A stretch of DNA of 20,000 nucleotides from an uncultured virus (IMG/VR IMGVR_UViG_3300008259_004339) (IMGVR_UViG_3300008259_004339:56633-76632), one strand, 5' to 3'; shown: positions 1-9,832, counted from the stretch's first letter. Numbers and translations are program-made. Notes: generated by a model not told the origin, from the sequence alone.

Positions 1-359
1 GGGGAGTTTTATTCTTCAACAAATCACACAAAGGATTTTTTGATAAGCTCAAAGACTTTTATTTGAGAAATAAATCTACATTCGATAATTGGAATGTTCC
101 GCACACAGGAAAAGAACAAACGATATTGAATTTATATCTTAAAAAAGAAAACATTAATAAAAAATACTTTGATTTTAGATTCAACACAATGAGGTTAATT
201 AAAAATGACTGGTTACAATATAACTGGCAATTAAAAGAAGACCAAACACCTTTTTTCATAAAGTACTCTTATATCTGGCATTTTACAGGCTGTTCTATAG
301 AAGAAAGAAGTTCATTGATGTTAAGCATTTGGGAACAAACAAAGCATCTTTACGTATGA
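1..359 (+). CDS. Glycosyltransferase, GT8-like (5'-truncated by window edge)
   Basis: Frame is open from base 3: GVLFFNKSHKGFFDKLKDFYLRNK...TGKEQTILN...IWHF. It aligns by eye with the next gene (SGVLILNKNHKDFFNKVKDFY...GTDQPVLN...IFHF). The stop overlaps the next ATG (ATGA at 356-359). Confidence 0.75.
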   Translation, partial: GVLFFNKSHKGFFDKLKDFYLRNKSTFDNWNVPHTGKEQTILNLYLKKENINKKYFDFRFNTMRLIKNDWLQYNWQLKEDQTPFFIKYSYIWHFTGCSIEERSSLMLSIWEQTKHLYV

Positions 360-1111
360 ATGTAGTTTATATAATCAACATTGCTACCGATAAAAAACCC
401 GGTAGAACAGTTCCATATAAATTTGGAATTGAATCTTGGAAACGATATTGCAATAAACACAATGCTAAATTAGTTGTTTTGGATGAGCCAATTCTTCCGT
501 ATGACGATCTACGTCCTAACTGGCACAAAGTCTTTATCTTTGATTTGTTAGAACAATCAAATATTGATGTAGATAAAATTTTAATCGTGGATGCTGATAC
601 TATTGTTCATCCAGATGCTCCCAATTTCTTTGATATTGCGGAAGATAAATTTTGCGTAGTAAATAATATAGGATCGTATGATTGGTTATTTAGAAGTGTT
701 GAAAATTACAAAAAATACATATTTGGCAATTACGAATTCGATATAACCAAGTACTTTAACTCTGGGGTATTAATTTTAAATAAAAACCACAAAGACTTTT
801 TCAACAAAGTTAAAGACTTCTATTTCGCAAATAAAGACAATTTGGTAAAAATGCAAGAAACATTTTTCACAGGTACCGATCAACCAGTGTTGAACTTTAT
901 GTGTCAAATTGAAAATATCAATATGAAATTTTTACCATATGAATATAATATGCAAGATTTATATCGTAGAGAAGCACTAAATGAAAATATGCCCTATTTG
1001 GATATGGGTTATATATTCCATTTTAATGCTATACCAAATAATGGCGATAACTCCAAAACTATGTATTGGATGGAAACCACATTTAATAAATTATATGCAA
1101 CAAATAAGTAA
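356..1111 (+). CDS. Glycosyltransferase, GT8-like (GT-A fold)
   Basis: DxD motif (VDADT), YFNSGV, DQPVLN, LPYEYN and IFHF motifs typical of GT8. Start placed at the coupled ATG 356 (MNVVYII). Confidence 0.85.
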   Translation: MNVVYIINIATDKKPGRTVPYKFGIESWKRYCNKHNAKLVVLDEPILPYDDLRPNWHKVFIFDLLEQSNIDVDKILIVDADTIVHPDAPNFFDIAEDKFCVVNNIGSYDWLFRSVENYKKYIFGNYEFDITKYFNSGVLILNKNHKDFFNKVKDFYFANKDNLVKMQETFFTGTDQPVLNFMCQIENINMKFLPYEYNMQDLYRREALNENMPYLDMGYIFHFNAIPNNGDNSKTMYWMETTFNKLYATNK

Positions 1112-1652
1112 TAAATATCCAACTCTGATTAAAGGTTCAATTGGAGAAAAAGCTGTTGATCTTATAAGATCATTATTGCCTATAAACTCGTCTATTTTAG
1201 AATTTGGATGTGGAGTTACTTCGAAATTATTATTAAACTGGTATGATGTATATTCAATAGAACATAATATGAATTGGTTAAATCATCCCAATGCATACCA
1301 CGTGCCATTGAAACAATATAATGATACCGATTTTAAAACGCCACAAGATATATCGTGTCTTCCATTTTATGAAAAACAAGTTGCTTGGTATGATCCAGAT
1401 AAACTATCTAGTGTATTAAAATTGATACCCAAATATGATTTAATTATTATTGACGGACCAAATGGAAACTATGGCAGAGGTGGATTTTATACACACCTAA
1501 ATTTATTTAATACCGAAGCTCATATGGTCTTTCACGATTTAAACAGACAAGCGGAAATGGAATTGATCAAAAAGGTATCTGAAAAAGTTGGAAGACCAGC
1601 ATTTGTTTTGGAAGATGATGAAAAAACAGGAGTTATAAAATCTAACAATTAA
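1095..1652 (+). CDS. Class I SAM-dependent methyltransferase-like protein (possible glycan O-methyltransferase)
   Basis: ILEFGCG motif I, VYSIEH acidic motif II, YDLIIIDGP and VFHD. Start at ATG 1095 overlapping the upstream gene end. Confidence 0.7.
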   Translation: MQQISNKYPTLIKGSIGEKAVDLIRSLLPINSSILEFGCGVTSKLLLNWYDVYSIEHNMNWLNHPNAYHVPLKQYNDTDFKTPQDISCLPFYEKQVAWYDPDKLSSVLKLIPKYDLIIIDGPNGNYGRGGFYTHLNLFNTEAHMVFHDLNRQAEMELIKKVSEKVGRPAFVLEDDEKTGVIKSNN

Positions 1653-1693
1653 AAAAAATTTAAAACTTGGTTTGATAGTATCTATAATAGAGT

Positions 1694-2557
1694 ATGAGAA
1701 AATATAACTTCACAAACAAAACATTTTTAGTCACAGGTGGCAGTGGATTTTTAGGTAAACCACTTGTTAAACGTCTTTTAAACGATGGAGCAAAAGTCCG
1801 TGTTTTATCTAGAGACGAGGGCAAATTGATTGATCTAAAACAATCTTTTCCTTCGATTGAGATCTTAACAGGTGACGTTTCAGATCCATTTGAAGTTCGT
1901 CAAGCTATGCAAAATGTTAATGGTGTATTTCATTTGGCCGCATCCAAACACATTGGCATTGCGGAAAAACAAGTACGTGAATGTATCAAATCAAATACAC
2001 TAGGATCGTTGTACATTTTGGAAGAGTCTCTTAACCATAAATTAGAATTCGTAATTGGTATTAGCACTGACAAAGCAGCTCAAGTAGCTGGTGTATATGG
2101 GGCTTCTAAACTATTGATGGAAAGATTGTTTAAACAATTTGAACAACTCAATCCAAATACAGATTATCGTATAGTTCGTTATGGTAACGTGTTATACTCA
2201 ACAGGATCCGTTTTATGCAAATGGAGAGATTTAATCAGTGAGGGCAAAGACTTGATTGTTACCGAGCCAGATGCTACTAGATTCTTTTGGACAGTTGATC
2301 AAGCGATTGATTTAATTTATAACTGTTTGGAAAATTGTACAGATTCCACTCCTTATGTTCCATCTATGAAAGGAATGAGCATAGGAAATCTACTAGAAGC
2401 ACTCATTCAAAAGTATGCTCCATCTAATACCAGACCAAATGTAAAAGTTATTGGACTACAACCTGGCGAAAATAAACACGAAAAAATTCTCGAAAACGGT
2501 CCATATAGCAATGAAGTTGATCAATATACTATTGAAGAAATTAAACAACTTATCTAA
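1694..2557 (+). CDS. UDP-GlcNAc 4,6-dehydratase-like (PseB/FlaA1/CapD family SDR)
   Basis: TGGSGFLG Rossmann motif, VFHLAASKH, STDKA, YGASK (YxxxK), VRYGNV..S.GSV, TRF and G..PGE..HE. Confidence 0.88.
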   Translation: MRKYNFTNKTFLVTGGSGFLGKPLVKRLLNDGAKVRVLSRDEGKLIDLKQSFPSIEILTGDVSDPFEVRQAMQNVNGVFHLAASKHIGIAEKQVRECIKSNTLGSLYILEESLNHKLEFVIGISTDKAAQVAGVYGASKLLMERLFKQFEQLNPNTDYRIVRYGNVLYSTGSVLCKWRDLISEGKDLIVTEPDATRFFWTVDQAIDLIYNCLENCTDSTPYVPSMKGMSIGNLLEALIQKYAPSNTRPNVKVIGLQPGENKHEKILENGPYSNEVDQYTIEEIKQLI

Positions 2558-3372
2558 TGAAAATATTAGTTATAGGCGGTAACCGATTTGTTGGCAAAAA
2601 AGTCGCATATGAACTAAGTAAATTAGCCAGTGTAAGTGTACTCAACAGATCTGGAACTGGTCCCGATAAAGTTAAAGTAATTAAATGGGATCGCAATGAA
2701 CCATTGACAATTGAAAATGATTATAACGTCATTTTAGACTTTTGTCTTTTTAAACCATCTCAAGCACAACATCTTAAAAATTGGTTAAAACCCAACCAAA
2801 AATATATCTTTATCAGTAGCGCAGCTGCGTATAAAGATGCAAATTGTTTGTCGTATAACGAAGATATGCCTATTGGTGGTTTGTCTGGCTTTGGCGATTA
2901 TGGCGTGGAAAAGGCAGATTGTGAAAATATAGTTAAACAAATAGATACTAACTATATGATTATTAGACCGCCATATATTGTTGGTCACGATTGTCCAAGA
3001 CCCAGAATAAGTTACTATATCAGAAACATAATCAATAATAGACCAGTAGACGTTGCTGGATCTGGAAATAAATTATTGAGTTTTATATGGGTCAATGATA
3101 TTGTTAATACATTGGTGGATATGTCTACTACTAACAAATATAATACTAAAGACAGTTATAATATTGTAAACGAAGATGTTTATAGTGCCAAAACTCTTAT
3201 TGAAGAAATAAGTATGTTTTTAAATAAAAAAGCAAATGTTATTGAAAATGGTACCAGTTCTCCGTTTATCGATGAACATCTATTGTTATCTCCTTTAAAA
3301 TTAGGAAGAAAGTTTAGTAGTACCAAACAGAATCTACCTGAATTTCTCGATTATATTAAAAATACGTTATGA
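2557..3372 (+). CDS. NAD-dependent epimerase/dehydratase family protein (atypical SDR)
   Basis: KILVIGGNRFVG, FISSAAAY, YGVEK (YxxxK) and IIRPPYIVG. Confidence 0.8.
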   Translation: MKILVIGGNRFVGKKVAYELSKLASVSVLNRSGTGPDKVKVIKWDRNEPLTIENDYNVILDFCLFKPSQAQHLKNWLKPNQKYIFISSAAAYKDANCLSYNEDMPIGGLSGFGDYGVEKADCENIVKQIDTNYMIIRPPYIVGHDCPRPRISYYIRNIINNRPVDVAGSGNKLLSFIWVNDIVNTLVDMSTTNKYNTKDSYNIVNEDVYSAKTLIEEISMFLNKKANVIENGTSSPFIDEHLLLSPLKLGRKFSSTKQNLPEFLDYIKNTL

Positions 3373-4511
3373 ATAAATTATCAAGAACAAAGCCTTATAT
3401 TCCCAAAGAAGACCACAAAGAAATCTTGGATAGAGTTGCTGATATTCTAAATACAGAGTCCCTAGTTCAGTCAAAGTATGTGTCCGAATTTGAAAACTTG
3501 TTCGCAAAGTATTGTGGAACAAAATATGCAGTTGCAACTTGTTCCGGCGGAACTTGTTTGGAAGTAGCACTTAGAGCATCTGGTTTGGTTGGCAAAAAGA
3601 TTATTGTTCCAACTCAAACATTTATAGCAAGTGTAAGTGCAATTGTTCGTTCCAACAATATTCCAGTAATCGTAGATATTGATGAAAATACTCATTGTTT
3701 AAGTGCAGATGTAATCGAAAGAAGTTTGGACAAAGATGTAGCCGGTGTAATGTTGGTTCATATGGCGGGATATATTACTCCTGACTATTATAACATTAAA
3801 AAACTATGTGACAAACACGGTCTACTATTGTTTGAAGATGCTTCTCACGCAGTAGGAGCTACTATTGATAACCTTCACACTGGAAACTTAGGATACGCAG
3901 GGTGTTTTTCATTATTTGCTACTAAGATCATAACTACAGGTGAAGGTGGAATAATTACTACCAATGATGAAAAATTTGCAGAAACTTGCAAGACATTGAG
4001 AAATCACGGAGCTGTTAGAAATCCAACCCCAGTAAACGGTGTAGATTTTGGTGTAAGTTGTGAATTTATATCATCCAACTATAAAATGACAGAAATGGTT
4101 GCGGCTCTTGGTATCAGTCAGTTGAAACGAGTTAACGAATTTGTTGAGAAAAGAAATATTATAGCAAAAAGATACAGAGAAAAAATTACAAATCCCAAGA
4201 TTAAATTTATTGATGTTCCAGATAATATAACCAATACTTGGTGGCACTATATTATAGAATTGCCAAGATCTACAACTTTGAATGAAAGATCTGAAATTTG
4301 TAAAAAACTATTCTTGGAATATAACATACCCACAGCAAATGCTTATTGGCCAGCTTGTCACCAACAAAAAGTATTTGAACCATACACTGTAAATCAGTCT
4401 TATCAATCAGCAGATGGATTGTTATCTCGACATTTGTCCATCCCTATGTACGTAGAAATGACTATGGATCAAGCTGACTATGTTGCGGATGTAATCAATA
4501 AAATTGTATGA
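3369..4511 (+). CDS. DegT/DnrJ/EryC1/StrS PLP-dependent nucleotide-sugar aminotransferase
   Basis: FEDASHAVG, FSLFATKIITTGEGG (PLP lysine), NYKMTEM.AALG..QL and LSIPMY. Confidence 0.92.
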   Translation: MNKLSRTKPYIPKEDHKEILDRVADILNTESLVQSKYVSEFENLFAKYCGTKYAVATCSGGTCLEVALRASGLVGKKIIVPTQTFIASVSAIVRSNNIPVIVDIDENTHCLSADVIERSLDKDVAGVMLVHMAGYITPDYYNIKKLCDKHGLLLFEDASHAVGATIDNLHTGNLGYAGCFSLFATKIITTGEGGIITTNDEKFAETCKTLRNHGAVRNPTPVNGVDFGVSCEFISSNYKMTEMVAALGISQLKRVNEFVEKRNIIAKRYREKITNPKIKFIDVPDNITNTWWHYIIELPRSTTLNERSEICKKLFLEYNIPTANAYWPACHQQKVFEPYTVNQSYQSADGLLSRHLSIPMYVEMTMDQADYVADVINKIV

Positions 4512-5197
4512 TCATAAGCATTCATCAGCCAAATTACTTACCTTGGATGGGGTTTTTTGATAAAATAGCTAGAAGCGATATCTTTGTTATTTTTGATAAT
4601 GTACAATTTCCCCGAGGTAAACAGCACTTTGGTCATAGAAATTTAATTAAGACAGACGGCGAACCCAAATGGTTAACCGTTCCATTAAATGGAAAAAGTG
4701 AATTGAAGAACTTTAATGAAATTGAAATCAACCACAACGGATGGAATGATAACCATTTAAATTTGATTAAAAACTTCTATAAAAAGTCAAAATACTTTAA
4801 TGTTTATTATGGCGATCTAGAATCAATTCTTAAAGTCAATCATAAAACATTGTCAGATTTAAACAGTGCTTTAATTAAATATTTCTTAAATGTAATGGAT
4901 ATTAAAACGCAAGTTGTATTTTGCTCGGAAATATGTCCCAATGAGGTTTCTGGCGGAGATCGTATAATGTATCTATTAAAAAAATTAAATGCTACAAAAT
5001 ACATTTCTGGTACCGGACCCGGTTCTATGAGATACATTAATGAACAAGAATTTAAGGATAATAACATAGAATTGATATGGCAACATTATAATCACCCTAA
5101 ATACACACAGTTATATGGTGACTTCAAACCATATATGTGTATAATAGATTTATTGTTCAATGAAGGTACAAATAGCAAAAATATAATTTTAAGTTGA
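4508..5197 (+). CDS. WbqC-like family protein
   Basis: IHQPNYLPWMGFFDKI...D.VQF...RN.IK...WLTVP, YISG.G...Y, Y.Q....F.PYMCIIDLLFN. Confidence 0.88.
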   Translation: MIISIHQPNYLPWMGFFDKIARSDIFVIFDNVQFPRGKQHFGHRNLIKTDGEPKWLTVPLNGKSELKNFNEIEINHNGWNDNHLNLIKNFYKKSKYFNVYYGDLESILKVNHKTLSDLNSALIKYFLNVMDIKTQVVFCSEICPNEVSGGDRIMYLLKKLNATKYISGTGPGSMRYINEQEFKDNNIELIWQHYNHPKYTQLYGDFKPYMCIIDLLFNEGTNSKNIILS

Positions 5198-5198
5198 T

Positions 5199-5849
5199 AT
5201 GAAACGTGTAATGGCAATAGGAGCTCATCCTGATGATATTGAATTTGGCTGTGGTGGTACACTATATAACCACAAATTAAAAGGCGATTATGTAGTATAC
5301 GTGTGTATGACCAATACAGAATCTGTAGACGGTACCAATGGAATATTATTGAGAACAGCTGAAGAAAATAGATTGGAAACTATTAATGCGGCTAAAGTAT
5401 TACAATGTGACGATGTAGAGTTTTTACCTTTCAAAGATTTACACGTACCATTTAGTTTTGAGTCAGTAAGTAAACTTGAGAGTTTAATCAAAAAACATAA
5501 AGTAGATACAATCTACACACATTGGGCTGGTGATGCAAATCAAGATCATATTTCAACATTCAAGACCACAATGGCAGCTGCTCGATATGTTCCGAATGTA
5601 TTTTGTTATGAACAAATACCAATTTCAAGAATGACAGAAAATCAAATGGATATTAATTATTACGAAAAAATAGATAATTCATTTGATAAAAAAATTGAAG
5701 CGTCAATGTGTCATAAAAGCCAAATATTAAAGTATGAAAAAGTTGGGTTAAATGTAAAATCTAATTTAGAGATATTAGCAAGATTTAGAGGTATACAAGG
5801 TCAATCTAAGTATGCAGAAGCTTTCAAAATACTCAAAATGGTAAATTAA
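5199..5849 (+). CDS. PIG-L/LmbE family metal-dependent N-deacetylase
   Basis: AHPDD.EFGCGGT, IYTH...D.NQDH (Asn in place of the usual first His), K..A..CHKSQ and YAEAF. Confidence 0.88.
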   Translation: MKRVMAIGAHPDDIEFGCGGTLYNHKLKGDYVVYVCMTNTESVDGTNGILLRTAEENRLETINAAKVLQCDDVEFLPFKDLHVPFSFESVSKLESLIKKHKVDTIYTHWAGDANQDHISTFKTTMAAARYVPNVFCYEQIPISRMTENQMDINYYEKIDNSFDKKIEASMCHKSQILKYEKVGLNVKSNLEILARFRGIQGQSKYAEAFKILKMVN

Positions 5850-5851
5850 TT

Positions 5852-6796
5852 ATGATACTCAAAGTAAATCCTGAATTTGGTATCGAGCTTGCTCTAGCAA
5901 TACCATTTGCATACTGGTTACATCAAAATAATCAATTAGACGGTGTAGTTACCAGTAAAGGAATGAAACCTTACTATTTCTTCTGCGATAACGTTAAAGA
6001 AGAATTTAAAAGCAGAACAATTGATAATGACGCTGCAATGGTTGATGTACCAAATAAATGGATACATCACAATGCATTGGCGGTGACAGGCAAAGAATAT
6101 CAATATCTAACAACCGAAGAACAAGAACAGGTCAATGGTGTATTGGATTATAGTAAGTGGGTGTGTCCGCCATTCAAAGAATATTATAAAAATGACGAAT
6201 ATAAATTTGATAAACCCGTAGTATTTATCACCAATAAGTATAATATGGAACACGGTGAAATTCCATTGGGTTATTTTAACATTCCTTGTTTGTATGAGCT
6301 ATTTGATTATTTTAGAGAAAAGGGATATACTGTAATATACAAGAGAGCTACTAATAAAGAAAAAGAATTTACTATAGATCAAAATGAGTATAATTCATTG
6401 GAACAAGGTTATCACGATATTACTGCTAATGTGGATGGAATAGGTGTTATAACAGATTTTGAACTATGTAAGTACTTTGACAATGTGATATTGATAGATG
6501 ATTTGGTTAAAGAATCAAAGTATAGTTACAATGAAACACAATTAAAAATAATGGCAAATTGTAGTAGATTTGTTACAGTTTGTGGCGGAAACTCAATATT
6601 ATCATCACTTTTCGGTGGCACTGTTATTAGTTATATACACAAGGGAAAAGAATTGCGCCCTAATTACTTTGGTCCTAATAGTTATTTTCGTAAGCTATCA
6701 AATGCTAACATCATTCCTGTAATAGACAATAGTGTTGTGAAAACAGGAATTCACGATTATAGTCAATTGATGGAACAAGTAAAAATACAGTTTTAA
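5852..6796 (+). CDS. Hypothetical protein, possibly GT-B fold glycosyltransferase-like
   Basis: The C-terminal QLKIMANCSRFVTVCGGNSILSSLFG resembles the nucleotide-binding segment of GT9-like enzymes. The gene sits inside the glycan operon. Confidence 0.45.
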   Translation: MILKVNPEFGIELALAIPFAYWLHQNNQLDGVVTSKGMKPYYFFCDNVKEEFKSRTIDNDAAMVDVPNKWIHHNALAVTGKEYQYLTTEEQEQVNGVLDYSKWVCPPFKEYYKNDEYKFDKPVVFITNKYNMEHGEIPLGYFNIPCLYELFDYFREKGYTVIYKRATNKEKEFTIDQNEYNSLEQGYHDITANVDGIGVITDFELCKYFDNVILIDDLVKESKYSYNETQLKIMANCSRFVTVCGGNSILSSLFGGTVISYIHKGKELRPNYFGPNSYFRKLSNANIIPVIDNSVVKTGIHDYSQLMEQVKIQF

Positions 6797-6798
6797 AT

Positions 6799-7913
6799 AT
6801 GAAAATTAGTTTTATTCAACCAAGCAGAAACAACCTAAAATATCTTAAATGGAGTTACGAAGCTATTCGTAAAAATTTAAGTCACAAAGAACATGAAATC
6901 TGTGTTGCAGACGACTTTTGGGTCATACAATTTTATATGATCGTCTTATAAACGAAGTTGCTACCAATGATGTGGTAATGATCTACCACGCAGATATGTA
7001 TGCTTGTCCCAACTTCGACAAATATGTAGAAAAGTATATTCAACCAGGTACTATTGTTAGTCTTACCCGAATTGAACCACCTCTACATCCTCCAGGACCA
7101 GAAAAGATCGTACAAGCGTTTGGCACCGAGCCAGAAGAATTTAATGAAGCTGGTTTATTGAAATGGTTCAATGATACCCGTCTGACAAGAAAAGATAAAA
7201 CCACAGAAGGAATCTTTGCGCCATGGGCCCTTTATAAGAAGGATTTCCAATCTATTGGAGGTCACGACGATCTATACGCACCACAAAGCAAGGAAGACAG
7301 TGATATCTTCAATAGATTCTTGTCAAATGGATATAAATTTGTTCAAACGTGGGAAGGATGTGTGTATCATATGACTTGTAGAGGTAGTAGATACAATCCT
7401 ACATTAACTACTGTTGGAAAAGAAAGTGACGAATGGCTACAACAAAACAATCGCAGTGCCAGAAATTTCATTCGTAAATGGGGACACTTTGTTAAACACA
7501 ATGATACTATGAAGCCAATTGTACCTAAACGTTATGATGTGGGTTTTGTTGTACGTAACTGCGATGAATACAGATTAGCACTATTGGAACCTTGGTGTGA
7601 CACAATCTACACAGATGTTCCATATGAAAGATATATTCAAGCTGAACAAAAGAATACCAAGTTTAATCTAACTAAAAAATTGAAGAGATTTGAGGAACAA
7701 AAGACAAATGATATTATTGTCGAATTTGATGGTACTAAATTATCGAATGATAGTTTTGAATTCTTTAATATGCTTCAATTAATGTTGGAAGACAGTGGTC
7801 AATTAGGAACACTTGAATACGACATATTTAAACTTACTATTAATAAGTTAAACGATTATAGTAAGCAGTTAATAGAAATAAAAGACGAGTGGTACAATAA
7901 AAAATTGTTATGA
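6799..7913 (+). pseudogene. GT2 family glycosyltransferase broken by a frameshift or deletion at about 6918
   Basis: ATG 6799 gives MKISFIQPSRNNLKYLKWSYEAIRKNLSHKEHEICVADDF (GT2 N-terminus), then stops at 6949-6951. The remainder (LGHTILYD...IYHADM...SIGGHD...EDSD.F.RF...VYH) is in a different frame from 6918. Confidence 0.75.
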
Positions 7914-8077
7914 AAAGATTAGTAGAACTTTGGAAAAATACATTTTTAAAGTACTTTGATATTAATCAAAATGGTAAATTAGATATATTCGAATTGTTAA
8001 TATTAGTATCAATTATATTTATATATAATATATTTTTTCAAATTCTAGGCAATTACATTTACGATCTTATAAAATGA
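7910..8077 (+). CDS. 55-aa membrane microprotein with an EF-hand-like loop (not in ORF track)
   Basis: MKRLVELWKNTFLKYFDINQNGKLDIFELLILVSIIFIYNIFFQILGNYIYDLIK. ATGA overlaps at both ends (7910-7913 and 8074-8077). Confidence 0.75.
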   Translation: MKRLVELWKNTFLKYFDINQNGKLDIFELLILVSIIFIYNIFFQILGNYIYDLIK

Positions 8078-8451
8078 ACTTAACAGACTATAACATCCCA
8101 ATTGTATTTAGTGTAACATTTATTATGGTTATTTGGTTAAATAGCGATATAGTACAAACAATCGCTAAATTAACAAATACCCGTAAATTATTTAAATTGG
8201 ACGAGTATCAACTGTATAAAAGTAATGTTGATCCAATGAGTACATATCCAAATTTCTTATATTCGGAATACCCGAGTTATATAACTAAGTTATTGAGTTG
8301 TGTTATTTGCTTATGTTTTTGGACATCTTTATTTAGTATTATTGCATTGTTATATACATTGAATTATCCTCTGTATTATACAATTATAATGATGCCTATT
8401 AACTACATTTGTAGTTTGTTGTTGTATTTATTAATAAATAAATTACTATGA
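8074..8451 (+). CDS. Small multi-pass membrane protein with CxxC motif (DUF1360-like)
   Basis: Hydrophobic segments and KLLSCVICLCFW. Translationally coupled on both sides. Confidence 0.55.
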   Translation: MNLTDYNIPIVFSVTFIMVIWLNSDIVQTIAKLTNTRKLFKLDEYQLYKSNVDPMSTYPNFLYSEYPSYITKLLSCVICLCFWTSLFSIIALLYTLNYPLYYTIIMMPINYICSLLLYLLINKLL

Positions 8452-8729
8452 TTATAGGAAGTTACGTAGCATTCAATAATTTTGTATCCAAAGATAACAT
8501 TGGCGCATTTGCTATATTAACAAATTGTGTACAAACGTTTGATAAGATTTGTTCGTGTCAAAAACAAAGAAAATCAATAAAACACGACGAATGTAACAAC
8601 ATTTATATCAACCTAGTTAATTCAGTTGCGCCGTCTTTAATTGATTATTTTCGTACAAAAACCACTGATGAAGAAATTATCTTCTATCATAATGGACATA
8701 ACTTGATTACCAAACTCAAATTACGTTAA
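8448..8729 (+). CDS. Hypothetical protein (Cys-containing, CSC motif)
   Basis: 93-aa ORF coupled by an ATGA overlap. Last gene of the + strand operon, overlapping the convergent gene by 14 bp. Confidence 0.6.
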   Translation: MIIGSYVAFNNFVSKDNIGAFAILTNCVQTFDKICSCQKQRKSIKHDECNNIYINLVNSVAPSLIDYFRTKTTDEEIIFYHNGHNLITKLKLR

Positions 8730-9357
8730 TAAGTTTTAACGATTCAGTAACTTTCTCTGTGATATACGGATGTTCCCTTAAAGAGAATCCGTTTAACTTA
8801 TCGCTATAATCTTCCCATTCAAAAGCACAATCAGCTTTAGCCTTTACCTTTGGATCATTTAACATTTCGTGATCGTTTGCGGCGGAATTATAAATCTTAA
8901 CAATTTTATTATTACTGAATCTTCTGCCTGAAGGCATTGGTTCTTGTTTAAATTTAGTAACGTGTACCAATTTACCGTCTTGTTTATTTTGTAACCAAGT
9001 ACACTCATCCTCGGGATATACATCATATCTGATATCTGTAATAAAAATTACATCAGCATTAGACTGTTTGATCTTTTGTTCAATCTTACCCGTCCAATAT
9101 TTACCTTCTGATACCTTTCTCATTACATCGCCATAAGCAACTAACAATGGTCTAATAATATTCTTTTCTTCGGTGTTTTCTGTAAAAACATCAATTCCCA
9201 CCTTAGTTTTGATAAGGTCTTTTAGATCGTTTTTTAACTCATATGCTAATGCATACTTTTCAACTTTCAGTCCACGTTTTTCCAAAACGTTTTGAGCAAC
9301 TTTGGCAAACAAATCTTTGCCACTACGAGCAAAACCAGATACACCTATAATTTTCAT
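8716..9357 (-). CDS. Deoxynucleoside monophosphate kinase (T4 gp1-like)
   Basis: N-terminal P-loop IIGVSGFARSGKD, A..LK, RPLLVAYG..MR and ITDIRY. Confidence 0.8.
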   Translation of the reverse strand: MKIIGVSGFARSGKDLFAKVAQNVLEKRGLKVEKYALAYELKNDLKDLIKTKVGIDVFTENTEEKNIIRPLLVAYGDVMRKVSEGKYWTGKIEQKIKQSNADVIFITDIRYDVYPEDECTWLQNKQDGKLVHVTKFKQEPMPSGRRFSNNKIVKIYNSAANDHEMLNDPKVKAKADCAFEWEDYSDKLNGFSLREHPYITEKVTESLKLINVI

Positions 9358-9358
9358 A

Positions 9359-9832
9359 TTATTTAAATAACTTCTCTACTTCTTTTTCACTATAACCAAA
9401 ACCTTGTATTAGTTCACACAAGTCTTTTAAGTTAGTGTCATTAGACGTATATATGTTATAGTAATCTATAGCATCCCGTTTTCCAATTTTATATTTCTTA
9501 CAAATACAATCTAATATTGTTTCATTGATACCCTCGGTACTATTTTTAATATACTTACAGAACTTTCTTCCTTTTGGCACCAAATCGATCATTACTTGAT
9601 AAAATTGTTCATCTGGTATATTTTGAAAATATTTAGAAACAAATGATACGTCTTCTATAATATCAACATCCATACTAAGAAATCTAATTATCATATACTT
9701 GTTAAATGATTTCTTTTCTTCCTCGGATAAAGACTTATAATAATCTTTATTCTTTACCTCACGAATATGATTTATATGATCAAATAAACCACGAACTTTA
9801 ACTTTGTTTTCGGATGTTTTCTTTGCTTTCAT
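9359..9832 (-). CDS. Putative clamp-loader small subunit (T4 gp62-like)
   Basis: LFDHINHI...K.FNKYMI.RFLSM...Q.Y.....VPKGRKF.KYIK pattern resembles gp62-type subunits. Confidence 0.6.
   Translation of the reverse strand: MKAKKTSENKVKVRGLFDHINHIREVKNKDYYKSLSEEEKKSFNKYMIIRFLSMDVDIIEDVSFVSKYFQNIPDEQFYQVMIDLVPKGRKFCKYIKNSTEGINETILDCICKKYKIGKRDAIDYYNIYTSNDTNLKDLCELIQGFGYSEKEVEKLFK

Noticed and set aside
6916..6920. Programmed ribosomal frameshift or phase-variable homopolymer
   Set aside because: The run is only four Ts, and slippage would not restore the missing conserved GT2 segment.
1..7913. Bacterial O-antigen or capsule locus
   Set aside because: No flippase, polymerase or ABC exporter is present, and it is contiguous with phage-type genes at phage-like density.
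8016..8023. TATTTATA on the + strand 50 nt upstream of 8074
   Set aside because: It lies inside an extremely AT-rich TM-coding stretch, and its spacing differs from the other sites. Could be chance.
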